Below, in pieces: positions 12,292 through 25,545 of a stretch of 64,000 nt of DNA (position 1 is the stretch's first letter; each line of letters begins with the position of its first letter). The stretch lies in contig MU004239.1 in NCBI GenBank assembly GCA_010405405.1, forward strand, positions 558,001-622,000. Reading direction: 5' to 3'. The notes under the pieces are model-generated. The model was not told the origin of the DNA. It was given only the letters and a program-made list of their open reading frames with translations, and searched no databases. The stretch is from Microthyrium microscopicum (taxonomy: Eukaryota). A program made the position numbers and the translations under genes.

Positions 12292-12786
12292 GGGAGTCCT
12301 AATTGATATCTTCAAGCCGCATTGTAATGGCAGAAACCTTGGTATGTTCACTGATCAGTATCTAGACCTTTTGGCATGTAGTTGCAATTGCTCGTACGTC
12401 TCCACCTTATTTAGGACTCTCCACTTTGTTCGTATTAATAATGAGGATGTAAAGTGAACTAACAAGGACTTTGAGTTTCTCCGTCTGGCTCCTTGGGGAC
12501 ATTACTGAGCCTCAACAGGGTGTTTTCTATCGAGAAACCAGATCATCCAAAATGTAATTATAGACGAGCTGATTTTCATTATGCTTGAATGTGGTAATTT
12601 CAAGCAATATAATGAGATCAAGTGAACAACGCAAGTGAAGAGCGCGCCAGGGCATGCCAGAGAAGCCAAGCATAAAAAGAAGCATGGTTCCTCATATATG
12701 GATCTGATCCTACTGAAGAAACTTGTTCCAATCGTAGAACAATGCTCTGTCGTATGCAGGTATATACGTGGTTATGTAAGATCTAA

Positions 12787-12861
12787 GTTCTGACACCCAA
12801 GTCTGTCAGAACCTAATCCTATCGAAGCCCAAGCCTGTCAGAACCCTATTTCGTCAGAACC
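12787..12861. repeat. Local cluster of GTCAGAAC direct and inverted repeats
   Basis: CCCAAGYCTGTCAGAACC at 12796-12813 and 12828-12845, GTCAGAACC at 12853-12861, and the inverted copy GTTCTGACA at 12787-12795. Confidence 0.75.
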
Positions 12862-13635
12862 TAAACAAGACGTGACCTCAAATCCAGCGGAAATGCGCAG
12901 AAGGAATAATAGGAGGCTTGGGTAATAGGAAAAATAAAGGAATGGGGAAGCAGTCAAATGGGTAGGGGGTCAAGATACCAGATGCAAAACAGTTCTCAGA
13001 TTAGCTCTCTTCTTTGTTCTCAACGACAACCGCCATGATTTGCGCCTTTGAGGTACGGTTTTCATGGCAGGTTGTCTGCAAATTTGGCTTTTAGCATTCA
13101 GCATTCATCACCGAACTTTGCATCTGGCCGAATGAATGAGAGATTGTGATATCAGGGGGTAGAATGGGTAAGAACGAATCGTTCGCGACAAAATTCACGG
13201 GGCCTACGCTTGGTTTGCAAGTGATGGGCAGAGTGTTTGTGTAGTTTTGAACGCGATTGACTGTGGGAGCATGCAGTTTGCAAGAGCGAGCTGTCGCAAT
13301 AGCAGAGCTGGCGGGATATATCAGTGCGGATGGGGTGCTGCAAACTGTCCTCAGATCTCTGTTCTTGTTCGCTTCATGGCCAACCGCTGGCTAAGAAGCC
13401 GTGAGTTGCGGCTGGCTCAGTAGCTCTTGTGAGATTTTTCATCATTGGATTGGAAGCGAGAGGGAGTCTGGGCGATTGTTATTGCGAAGGGTATGCGGCT
13501 CACTGTCCGGACGTCAGTCAATAATCAACGATGAATAACAACATTGGGTACCCGGTTCTGTAAAGTGTCGGTCCTGGAAGGTCTGGAAGTCACGGTATGC
13601 TCGTCAGTATCTGCAAGGGAAACGACTTGATTGCC

Positions 13636-15248
13636 TCAATGCCTCCATAGCCGTACAGCCTTGTCCTTCCCACCACTGCCGACCTTTTCCCCATCTGGGC
13701 TCCAATCAACAGCATAAACCTCATCTTGATGGCCGGGTAGGTCGGTGTGCAGTTTTCCGGATGCGACATCCCAGCATTTAAGAGTCGTATCTTTGCTGCC
13801 AGACACAAGCTGCAGCAAAATTAGCGAAATAGAAGTGGTAGAATTGGGATGGAGCTTACAAGTCTCGAGTCTGGCGAAAACACTGATTGATATACAGGTG
13901 CAACATGGCCTCTGAGGGTAAGCATAAACTTTCCATCGCGAGCATTCCATAGCTTGACATGATTATCAAACCCAGAGGACGCGATGTACATGCCATCTGG
14001 AGAAAATGTGACGTGGTTGATAGGCTTTTGATGGCCAAGCATACGAGCAACTGGCTTCGTTGGCGTTGCGCCCAAGGGATCCCATAGATAGATCACGTTA
14101 TCGTCGCTGGCACTCGCCAGACTCTCCACTAGCTTCTTATTGACCGTCGCTGCTTTCGTGAAGCGCTCTTTGGCGACCTTGCGCTTATCTTCGACGGTCT
14201 TTGGGACGGCGCTTGTATGATCGTGGAAGCCTGTTCGGAGGACAAAGTCTGTTGATAGTGCGAGATGATTAACCCAGTGCGCGTGCGTTTCGAGGCTGTG
14301 GATAAGACGGCCATCTTTGGAGTCCCAGATCTTAATAGTGCGATCTTGACTTGCAGTATATAAAAGACCGGTGCCGCCCCATTTGACGCAAGCTACTGAT
14401 GCTTTATGGCCGCTAAGAACAAAGTCTGTCTTGCGACCAACGACGTCCCACACTCGTACTGTTGAATCCTTAGAAGAAGATGCTATTCTGGGTCTTCCTG
14501 GCAGTTCTAAGTGATATGGTTCCCAAGAGAGACTGCGGATGAACTTGGTATGGCCTTTGAGGGGGCCGCCTAGCGGTTTGCCAGTCTTAGCTTCCCATAG
14601 TCTAAGTGTGCTGTCATGACTGCCAGTGGCAATGATGGTATTGTCGGGTGCGTAGGCTATACAGAGCACCCATCCAGTATGACCTTTTAGCGTATGAAGC
14701 GGTGTACCTGTATCGCAATCCCATATCCGAGCAGTATTGTCACCAGAGCCAGTACATAATTGCGACCCATTTGCAGGTGAGAATTGCGCAGTGAGAATAG
14801 GTTGGGCATGACCAGATATCGCAGAGGAGCAGCGGGCGACTGGCTTGACGCGAAAGACAGCCTGCGGACTGATCGCCAGGACGAGTTCATCCTCAGTATT
14901 GACCAGACCAGTCTTGATCAGGGTAGTGTAGATGTCGGTGTTGTCGGACAAGGCCAGCTCGCGTTGAGTGCCATCGGGAAGTGTTTGAGAGTAAAAGAAC
15001 CGATGTGGCAGGCGGTCTGCGGGGTCTGTGAGATTTTGGAGAGAGTTGGCGAGGAGGTCGAGGTTTTTTATGGAAGATTGTTGTAATGGTACAGCAACGG
15101 CTGGGCCAATTGGTTGATTTGTGGAGCGATCAATGAATCGAATGCGGACAGAGCCTGTGGGGATATCTTCAGGTACGTGCTGGGTGGTAGCTCGTAACAC
15201 ATCTTGAAGCTTCCGTCGCTTGCTCGGTGGAGGTACTACGGTAGCCAT
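13636..15248 (-). CDS. RSA4: Ribosome assembly protein 4 / Notchless homolog (NLE domain + WD40, ~520 aa)
   Basis: N-terminus MATVVPPPSKRRK, PQAVFRVKPVARCSSAISGH, repeated GH...WD units, HAHWVNHLALSTD and C-terminal DLPGHQDEVYAVDWSPDG..GSGGKDKAVRLWRH. Intron 13810-13859. Confidence 0.95.
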
Positions 15249-15431
15249 AATTTAGAAGTTGAAGAGTTCTCAATATGGTAGAGAAAAGATGTAGTTGGAG
15301 GGGTCTTCTTCGTATGAAATTCTGGAAAGTCTCGAAATATTTTGGCAGGGATCATTTAATGACGGCAGGCCGATAGAATGCGACGGGATGCCGCACCAAT
15401 CCTTGCAGCTACATTCGGCCCGAAGACATAA

Positions 15432-17331
15432 ATGTCGAAAGCTTCAAGCTTGAGCTTCATACAATATCTATCCCCAATGCCTCTCTTCCAGTCGCCAACA
15501 TATCCTCTACCATGTTTATCACTTGCCTTGCCAGCTCGAGTAGGTCGCCTTCGACCTCCGCATCGTCTAGTCCCTCGACAATGCAGGGCATCCTTCGCAT
15601 CGCTCCCCAATCATGACCAATCGAAGCCATTCTACATCACGACTCCCATTTTCTACGTCAATGCCGATCCCCATCTTGGCCATATGTACTCCATGATACT
15701 AGCCGATATCATAAAAAGATGGCAACAACTCAAGGGTCGCCGAGCCCTCCTATCCACAGGTGTCGACGAGCATGGACTAAAAGTACAAAAGGCAGCTCAG
15801 AAAGCAGACAAGCCTACGAATGAATTCTGCGATTCCGCTGCAAAAGTATTTTCAGGCCTGGCGGAGCATGCTCATGTCTCGAATGATTACTTTGCGCGGA
15901 CTACGGGCGCGAGACATCGAGATGCGGTACAATATGCGTGGAGTATGCTGCAGGACAAGGAATATATTTATGAATCAAAGCATGAGGGGTGGTATTCGAT
16001 TAGTGATGAGACGTTTGTGCCGGAGAGTGGTGTGGATATCGCTGTAGATCCAGCTACAGGGCGCAAGAGACATGTAAGTCCAATGCGACCTGTATGTGAA
16101 TTTGCTTTGCTCATTATTACTGTGATTAGATCTCACTTGAGACAGGAAAGGTTGTGGAATGGACTTCAGAGACGAACTATAAATTTCGCCTATCCGCGTT
16201 CAAAGATCAGCTACTCCAACACTATAAAGACAATCCTGAATGGATAACTCCAAGATTCCAATACGATTTGGTCCGCAAGGAGGTCGAGAGTGGTTTACAG
16301 GATCTGTCAGTTTCGCGACCGTCAGAGAGAGTCCAATGGGGCATCCAGGTCCCACATGATCCCTCACAGAATATTTACGTCTGGCTCGATGCCTTACTTA
16401 ATTATACTGTCCAAGCCGGCTACCCATGGGCACCGGAAAAGCGCTTTGCTGGAGGATGGCCAGCAGACGTCCAAGTGATCGGCAAAGACATCATTCGCTT
16501 CCATTGCATATATTGGCCAGCCTTCCTGATAGCCCTCGACTTACCGCCGCCAAAGCGCATCATAGCGCATGGCCACTGGACGATTGGAGGAGAAAAGATG
16601 TCCAAGTCAACCGGCAATGTGGTCAACCCATTCACCATAGTCAACACGTATGGCGTTGATGCGGTGCGGTGGTTCCTCGCGCTCGAAGGGAAAATGGAGG
16701 ATGATTCAGATTATAATAATCTCACACTTGCAGCAAAGTATGAGGAAATGAGAGGAAAGCTTGGTAATTTCTTGACTCGGCTAGTACGCAGCAAGCGCTG
16801 GAATATGCGCAAGGCTCTGAAAACTACCCTCACTCCCCGGGGACTGGATTCTTTGCACTTCGAGAAGGAAGATGAGGCGATGCGGGATAATATTGGCCAT
16901 CTTCGTGATAGGATTTCGCCGGCTGTAGACTGTCATGATATCCGGGCTTCGCTCGCGCAAATTATGCAGACAATCGCAGAGGTAAGAATGCTGCCTATTT
17001 TTGACAAGACGACATGGACTAAGTTGCGAAATAGGCCAATGCATACTTCCACAACCAAGAACCGTGGCGAATTGTCAGCAAATATGGCGACCCCGATGAC
17101 ATGTCTCCGAGATTGCTCACGATCCTGACGCTGGCCGCAGAATCGCTGCGGATCTGTGGTATTTTGCTCCAACCATACATGCCCACCAAGGCAAGCCAGC
17201 TTCTCGACCAGCTCGGCGTTGATGAATCACATAGGAGCTGGCAGCACGCCGTCCTAGGCGCGGACACAGAATACGGCCAGCGCATCAGCACGACCGGCAA
17301 AGTCCTTTTTCCAGTCATACCGGTGCGCTGA
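15432..17331 (+). CDS. MSM1: Mitochondrial methionyl-tRNA synthetase
   Basis: YITTPIFYVNADPHLGH (HIGH motif), YVWLDALLNY, IGKDIIRFHCIYWPAFL and KMSKS. Arg/Leu/Ser-rich N-terminus resembling a mitochondrial presequence. Introns 16074-16129 and 16982-17034. The start could instead be ATG 15477. Confidence 0.93.
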
Positions 17332-17357
17332 GATTGTTATTTCGTTCTTCTGCATGG

Positions 17358-18245
17358 TTATGAGGAGTTTGAGTCGGCCATCAAGATACCCTTGACTTTT
17401 TCCTGTAGTTGTACAGTAATACCACACTTCTCCAAATATGCTGTTATGCTTCCATACTTCTCATTGACATGTTTTTCCACCAACTTCACAAGCTCCGGGT
17501 CACAATCCGCAAACTCATCCGGAAGTCCAATGGAGTGTATCTCCTTCAACTTGTTCGCTCTCTCCGGTGCCAATTGAGCAGCTGTGATCATATAGTCGTG
17601 ATCAATCGCCTCGGCAGGCACGCTACACAACATGAGGAGCAATTGCGTGATAATTCCTGTGCGGTCTTTGCCTTGCGTGCAATGGATCATGATGGGATAC
17701 TTGCTCTCATCGGCTAACAATTCAAACATCGCTTTAATCTCCGCCGTGCACACGTCTATCGAGTCTGTAGCTAGACCGGCCAGATGTCGCGGCACCATGA
17801 CGTTTTGAGCGAGGACTTGTATCCCCTCGAGTCGGCGGTGCGTTGCCATGCGAAAAATGAGTTTCGTATAATTGCCCCAAGAGAGCTGGCTGAGAAGGAA
17901 ATTGGAGTATGCTTTTCCGTTGATGTTTACGTGTTCGTAGGCGATGCCTGGGATTTGTAGTGGGCGTTGGAGCTCTTCATCGTCTAGTGGTTGGCCGGAC
18001 TTTGCGGCGAGATCGAGGCGCGTTTTGCGTTTCTTGACTTGTTCGTCGTGCTCGGTTTTGGTGCGGAGATCGACGATGGTTTTGATACCTAGGGTATCGC
18101 GTAGTGTGGCGCGGTCGGCAAGGGAGGATTCGTCTGGACGGGCGGAGCGGTAGAAGAGACCTGGTTTGAGGATGGGACGGTCGAGATAGGCGTTGATTGT
18201 TGTAGCGACGTCGCGGAAATTGATTATTGTTTGAAAGGTAGCCAT
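17358..18245 (-). CDS. Cysteine-based tyrosine/serine phosphatase (Y_phosphatase3-type)
   Basis: Motifs NFRDV, YRSARPD, IVDLR, catalytic loop HCTQGKDRTG and DHDY. Single exon, 295 aa. Confidence 0.9.
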   Translation of the reverse strand: MATFQTIINFRDVATTINAYLDRPILKPGLFYRSARPDESSLADRATLRDTLGIKTIVDLRTKTEHDEQVKKRKTRLDLAAKSGQPLDDEELQRPLQIPGIAYEHVNINGKAYSNFLLSQLSWGNYTKLIFRMATHRRLEGIQVLAQNVMVPRHLAGLATDSIDVCTAEIKAMFELLADESKYPIMIHCTQGKDRTGIITQLLLMLCSVPAEAIDHDYMITAAQLAPERANKLKEIHSIGLPDEFADCDPELVKLVEKHVNEKYGSITAYLEKCGITVQLQEKVKGILMADSNSS

Positions 18246-18698
18246 CTTATGGATATTATTTGAGATGAGTAAGAGTTGTTGGTATTATTCCGGATTTCCA
18301 AGGTCATACTGTCAATACTTATAGGAGCCTGTATAATATAGCTGATCAAGCTTGTTTTCGTCTATACATTGTCAGTGACGTTGAGTAGGAAAGCACGATG
18401 CCAAGGGGGCAGGAAGCTAACAATTTAAGGCAGGGGCAAGGAATAACTAAGCCAGGGTCCAAAATGCATGAGGAAAGAGCCAATGGCAAGCTTAGGAAAG
18501 AGCAATGGGCAGGGGTGCAGTAGCTCTTGCCGAATTCGCCAACCAGAGCCCAGCCTCTCACTGCTCCCACCGCCATTGGTCTTTTTTCCTATCAATTGTC
18601 TGGGAGACATCTCTTCCTTTCTCTTCTACACTCACCTCCAATAAGCATACATCTCTTCATTGCTTGATCTGGCCGATTGATCAGCTTTGTGTATGATC

Positions 18699-20373
18699 AT
18701 GGCCTCCGAAAAGACTACCACGTCTGAGGACTCCTTCGAGTTTATCGACACTCCTCCTGCCGCAACTCCAGCCTCGCCCGCTACCGATTGCGGTGTACGA
18801 ACTACTTCCGTGAGCTGCTACTTTACTCTCCAGGAACCAAATGTAGCTAATGTTCAATTTGCTAGTATTCAGCTATTGCAAACGCTCCCCTACCTGCCGA
18901 AGGCCCTGGAAGTGATCACTTCTCCAACTACGCTCTGTTCGGTCTCTCCGCCCTCGTACCATATTACCTTTCATCCAAAGTTGGTGGAGGATTCAAGACA
19001 TGGCTTTTCTTTGCAATCTTGACTTTCTTGCCAATCCTAGCACTCTTTTGGTCTCTTGTCTCATCATACTCCCCACGGAAAAATGAGAAAGCTTCACTGC
19101 CTGGAAAGCCTATTGAGCATTACCTCACCTTCAAGACTGAAGAGCTTCGACAAAAGTACCATGGACGCAAAAAGATTGCCCTTGAAAGCTTTTCAGAGCA
19201 CTACTTCAAGGGCGAGGCAGATTTCAACGGTGACTGCTTGGAAGTCCTGGAATACCGTCACGACTGGGCTGATTTCAGACTCACCGCAAGTTTGATTTGG
19301 TACTTTCTCACAGGCATGATTCCAGAGGTCATTATGCACACCCGCTCCCAAGGTCAGTCATACATTCCACCCAATTCTTCACCTGGCTAATCTTCAATAG
19401 ACGAAGAACAAGTCCGCGATCATTACGACCGCGGTGACGATTTCTATGGCTGGTTCCTCGGTCCTAGAATGATCTACACTTCCGGCATAATCTCCGACAT
19501 TAACAAAGAAGAAACTCTCGAACAACTCCAAGATAACAAGCTCGCCATCGTCTGTGAAAAGATCAATCTCCAAAAGGGACAACGTATGCTCGACATCGGC
19601 TGCGGTTGGGGCACTCTCACCAAATACGCCAGCGTGAACTATGGGGCCAACGTCACCGGCGTTACCCTCGGTCGCAACCAAACCGCCTGGGGCAACTCTG
19701 GCCTGGCCAAAGCAGGCATTTCTGAGGACCAATCCAAGATTCTGTGCATGGACTACCGCGATATTCCTGTACCTGAGGGCGGATATAACAAGATCACTTG
19801 TCTCGAGATGGCTGAGCACGTTGGTGTCCGTCTCTTCCCTAGCTTTTGTCGTCAGGTGTATGAGATGCTTGATGATGATGGTGTTTTCTTTCTGCAAATC
19901 GCTGGTCTCCGCAAATACTGGCAATACGAAGATTTCGTTTGGGGTCTGTTCATGAACAAGTACATCTTCCCAGGTGCAGATGCATCGACACCACTAGGTT
20001 TCTTCGTGGATAAGTTGGAGGGTGCGGGCTTCGAGGTGAAGCATATTGATACCATTGGCGTGCATTATTCGGCAACGTTGTGGCGCTGGTATCGTAATTG
20101 GCTGGGCAATAAGGACAAGGTTATTGCCAAGTATGGCTTGAAGTGGTACCGGGTATGTCTCCCTTTTCTTTTGACCAGACTGAGTTCTGTTACTAACTTG
20201 AATAGATTTGGGAATACTTCTTGGCATACTCGACCATTGTGTCTAGACAAGGCTCGGCAACTTGCTATCAGATTGTGCTGCACAAGAATCTTAACGCTGT
20301 GCACCGTATCGAGGGTGTGCCTTCACAATACAGCTTGAGTGGTGCGTTGGAGGCTGCCAAGGCTCGCAAATAG
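18699..20373 (+). CDS. MTS1: Sphingolipid C9-methyltransferase (CFA/CMAS family, ~505 aa)
   Basis: VRDHYDRGDDFYGWFLGPRMIYTSG, SAM motif LDIGCGWG, KITCLEMAEHVG and KYIFPGADAS, with N-terminal transmembrane segments. Introns 18810-18865, 19353-19400 and 20153-20205. Stop TAG at 20371-20373. Confidence 0.92.
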
Positions 20374-20885
20374 GTTATGCGACTGCGTAGTCGGCTTTCG
20401 ATGGATGTGCTTGAGGTTGAAAACGAGACGAGTGAAATGGCGAGCGAGATCTTGCAGGATAGAACCTTGAGCGGTGGTATTCTAAATGGAGGTGTAGACT
20501 TTGCGACGCTTCGCTCAGAGACCATCTGATCGGCAACGCTGGTGGAGAATAGACGTAGAGTAATTTAATAGTTAGTCATACTAGATAGTACTTGAGCATG
20601 ATGGTTCAGGATATAATCTTAGTTTGCAACACTTTTATCGCGCTCAAGGCCATTGTCTCTACATAAGAGTGAATAACCAGAGCTTCACAGGAACGCTAGG
20701 AGTTCATATAACGTTGTGAGATTTCCACGCAATCTATCACTCATCTATCTTTCAACCAAGCAAAATATACCTTTGTTCAGTGACAGTGAACAAGTCTAAA
20801 TACATACACACATTACTTTTATAAGCATTAAACGTCATCCTCATCTTCCATCGTCGCATATCAACCACCCCGTGAGCTATGACAC

Positions 20886-23800
20886 TCATCCTCTACTCGC
20901 ACCACCAGTGGCCGAACGCTCAGCCAAAGTCAATCGCGCCTCCGCTGCCTCAGCACGCTCATGACGTCCCATTTCAGCACGCACACTAGCATTTGCACGT
21001 GTGCCTGCTAGCGTCTTACTGAACAAGCAAGCCCATAGATCCTGTTGCCCGACAATCTCACCGCCGCTGGTCTTTCCACGACCGCCTTTGGCGATAAGTT
21101 TTGTCACCGGCACGCTTTGCAGGGCAGCTGAATTCGCCTTATCGAGTGCCGACTCGCTCTGCTGTTCATTGCCTGAGTTTTCTGCCTGCTCATCACTCAG
21201 TCGCTCTACAGTTTGGCGCTCGTCGATGTGTCGATTGTCTTCGACTTGTCGTGCAATATGTTCGAGACGTCGCGACACGGAGAGGTTGTAGACGGCCTCT
21301 TCGACAGAGTCCTGGACTAAGCTCATCCAGACAGTCGTTGCGCGCATCTGGCCGATTCGGTGGACACGTGCAATGGCCTGTAACTCAATGGCGGGATTGA
21401 CGAGTGGCTCGCAGAGGAAGACGTGTGTTGCGGACACGAGGTTTAGACCAGACGAGTCGGACTTGGCATCGAGCAAGAAGCACTCGACAGCAGGATCGCG
21501 GCGGAATTTGTCGATTCCCTGGCGATCGGTGATGCGAGTGAAGCCGATTTTAAATGTTCTCAAGGCGTCTGCGAGGACGTCGAGGAACTCGGAGAATTGC
21601 GAGAAGAAGATTGATTTGGCACCTGGGTCGATGGAGCGCAGCCAAATGATATGACGGCCAAAGGTATCGAGTTTGGTGCCATAGCTGGTTGGCAGGTCGA
21701 TGGATTTGATGTCGTTGAGCGTCTTGGTGCTGATTTGCGAGTAGATAGAGGCTGTTGGATTACTGGAGGATGAGGCACCCGGGTTGGCGCTATTAGTGGT
21801 GGATGTGCTGTCGCGCCGTTTGGTGGGAGAGTCGCCGTTGTGTTCCTCTGTGGCCGTAATTTGTTGCGGCTTGTAGGTGATATCGTGAAAGTCAACGAGT
21901 CTGAGATTTAGTTTGCAGACTGGACACGTTCTATGTGCAGACCACCACTGCCTTATGCATTCTTTACAGTATTGATGCCCACAGACTGTGAGAACTCCAC
22001 TCTGAAAGCTGTCTTGACATATGACGCATAGCTTCTGCTCTTGTTGGTCCGCCTCATTACTCAAGTGTTCAAAAAACCGCTTCTTTGTCTTGAGTTGCGA
22101 CAACTTGCCCTCGGCATCCTTTTCTTGTTTTTGATAGAGGGAGTAGGAAAAGGAATCAAAGACTTCATCCGATTGTTCTTTGTAAGGCTGTACCATGTCC
22201 GAGATGCGTTGCAGCTCACGGTAAAACTCTAACCGACTATTCATACAGCTGCGAATCTCGTCGATTTCCTTTTCGAGGATTTGAAGCGCTTTAGCTTGGG
22301 CTGAGTTTATGCTCTGTAAGTACTTCATTTGCTCTTCAACAATTTTGGCCTCAGCTTCACTTCGAGTACGGCCTACTTGAGTTTCGCTTTGACCATATTG
22401 CCATTCCAAAGTGGTCAGGAGATTTCGAAGTTGTCCAATGATGCCACGAAGGGAGCCAATTTTTTCGGAAGCCCTCAAATCAGGCCAATCCTTCAAGCAT
22501 TCCTTGAGAAGTTCTGGAGCTGGACCTTTAGGACCATCAAATTTGTCATTGGCGGCTTTGAGTGCCATGGTCGCTTCATGACTGGTAAGAAGATTCACTT
22601 CTCCGCTCAGAACACCTGCGCGGTCGGCGATGAAGGTACGCAGCGCCAAAACTAGAACGTAAAGTTCGTCCTGTTCTTTGGTTGAGTCTTCGTACTCTTC
22701 TCCAGTCTGCTCTTCTGTGCCATCAGTATCCACAAGACTTTTGAAGATAATATCGCAAACTTTGGTGCGCAGCTTGACAATCTGAGAGGCTTGGCCATTG
22801 AGCACCTTCAATACCGTGTCCAGTTGGTCCATGATTTTGATATTCTCAATCCCACCCATGTCATCAGGCGATGCAAGATCGTTTGGCAATTTAGCCTGCT
22901 TGAGCTTCTTGACGATGTCCATTGATTTCTCGGCCTTTTCACGAGATTCGGAGAGCATTTCCATTCGACACGCTTTGGCGGCATCGTAGAACTCCATCTC
23001 TAAAGCCTCTAGCTTTTTATAGTCCTCGGAATCTTTGATCGTCAGTTCTTCGTTGTCTTTCGTCTGGAAATTGGCAGTAGCGATGAAGAAGAGAGCCTGG
23101 TGCTGTAACTCCAATGCTTTCTTCAAGTTTACTGCGGCTTTCTGTTGTTCCTTGACTCGTTTTTCTTGCGCAACGGGATCTTTCTTGCCGTCAGATAAGC
23201 CGGCGTCTGTTTTCGAGGCAGCCTTCTTGTAAGCTACGCGGCATTCCTCAACTACCGGGGTGACGAGTTTCAAAGCGCTCTGATATGTCGTCAAGCTGAT
23301 AAGACTACGCTTAGGATTGTTCTTGGCAAAGGCCTGGACGTGACCTTGCTTTATACGTGCATCTATGATCTCTCGCTCAGCTGAGCGTAAAAGATTTTCG
23401 TTGTTCTCTATCATGATGGTCATCACGTCGGCCACTGTTCTTAGCGGCGCACCTCGACTAGAGCCTAGAACTCTTTGGTTCTTTGTGCCAACTTGTGGAT
23501 GGAGACAAAGTTGGCGAAGTCGTCTGAGCCATGAACGCATCTTGTCGACTGTCATTTGATCTGTTGGATCCCAAGTATCGCTGCTAGGACTGCCATCGTC
23601 ATTAAGCCCACAGTCACGACACATTTGCTCAAATGTTTGAGCATACATCTGCTCCTCGATCGCAAGGAATGGTATCGTTACAACGACTCGCTTCTGTGGA
23701 GGTAGTCGCAGCTCTTTGCGTACTTTGTCTTTGGTATGGCGAATTGCGATAGTACCAAAGATAGCCTTGAACGTCGGCTTATCGACACGTGCCCAGATTG

Positions 23801-25545
23801 CTCGATCGCAAAATGGCTCGAAGCGAAGGAATGTGAGAATGCCAAACAGATCGGTGACATGGCTTTTGAATGGTGTTCCAGAAACTGTCCAAGCATTAAT
23901 CCGTGGAATGAGACGAGCTACTTTGGCCGTATTGGAAAGCCCATTCTCGACCTGTTGAGCTTCATCAAGGCAAATACGCCACCAAGATATATCGACCAGT
24001 GCGCTCGTAGGCGGGCTATATTTCCGAGCATGGCGAAGCTCTTTCGCAGGTTTGGCGTCTGCATACCAGATTTCGCGTGCCAAAGTCGAGTAGGTAGTCA
24101 AAACAACGTCGTAGTCTGTGGCTAGTTCCTTGCTCGTTCGCGTCTTGTGCTTCTGGCTTGCCACGCCATCATAGGTTGTGACACGTAGATGCGGTGCATG
24201 TAGACTCAGTTCATCTTCCCATTGCTTGTGAAGATGTGTAGGGGTGATGATTAAAGTTGCTGCAGAAGGGATGACTTGTTTATCCGAGTAAGCATCATGG
24301 ATCAAGCCAGACTGCATGTCCTCTTTTGGCCGCTTATGGAGGCACATGAGTGTCACCATCTCAACGGTCTTGCCGAGACCCATCTCCTCTGCTAGAAGAC
24401 CACCCTTGGGGGTGATAATATTGGGAATGCCACCTTCTTTGTCTTTGAATACCCCAAATACTCGACTAACTTGATTTTTATCACAAGATCCATTGATGTC
24501 ATCTGATGCGGATAGATTTGCTTGCCAATCTTGATACATCAAATCACCTGAAATGCCCGGAGCAGACGTGTCTGTGACAATACGTCCATTTTTGAATGTC
24601 GCGCCTTCTCTACGGAGCATAAACTGGACTGTACGAGTCTGGAACGGATATAATTTACAGTCGAGGACGTCACTCGTAAGCTGAGGCCAGACATCGCTTT
24701 CTGGACGCGGAACATGAACACTTTCGTAGAAGTCTTGAGGTGACCAAAAGGTCGCTCCAGTACGTGCAAGGTGATCGAACAGGTCTGTGGTCCGCTTCAA
24801 GGTCATCTTGGGACCATCCAGGACTGACTTTCCAGATTCCCACAGGATTTTTAGATCAATGACCAAGCTTTCCGAGACAGAGTCAAACGACAGAAACAAT
24901 TGTAAAGAGCCAGTCATCTCCTGCAAGGCCTGTATAAATCCCTCATATGTCTTCACGGTTTTTGGTAATCGCGGTGCCAGCTTCAAGGCTTTGGTCAGAA
25001 GTTCGGTAATCTCAGGGCTAGACTGTGGCAGCTTCAACACTCCTATAATCTGACGATTATTGCAAACATCTTGTAAGCTTATATCAAAAGTAGGAGGTCC
25101 AGCGTTCGCTTTAGATTTGCGTCGACGGGCGGGTTTGGGTGGCTCGTAGATGGCCAAGCGTACAGGAAGAGGTCGCGTGGAGATCTTGGAAAGATTTGAG
25201 CGAAAGGAAGAATTTATGGAGGCATCGCCCTGCAAAGCTTCAAGTCAGCGACAGCCATAGTAAAGCTAGTCATCTTCTGTTACATACCAGACGAACTCTA
25301 GTTGACCATACAGTCAGATTGTTCGTCTCGAATGTCGAAACAGCTTCGGTCTCACTGATTCGCTGCTTCTTTCGTGGTGGTCCTAATTCGCGATCATTTC
25401 CCTGTTGTTGGTCGTCGCCACTAGTAAGGATGGTATTTATGAGTTGCTCAAAAGGGTACTCAGAGCTGGTTTCGGACAGTGGAACGAAGTGGGCTTCGAT
25501 CATGTTGGTGGCGGAGGACGACGGGCCCTGAGCCATGGAACCCAT
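20886..25545 (-). CDS. IRC20: SNF2-family helicase / RING E3 ligase, SHPRH/Irc20-like (~1533 aa)
   Basis: Walker A LAEEMGLGKT, WWRICLDEAQ, SGTP, C3HC4 RING CVIC..CGHQYCKEC..CPVC and QAIARVHRIGQ, with a long helical insert between the ATPase lobes. Intron 25230-25287. Confidence 0.88.
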
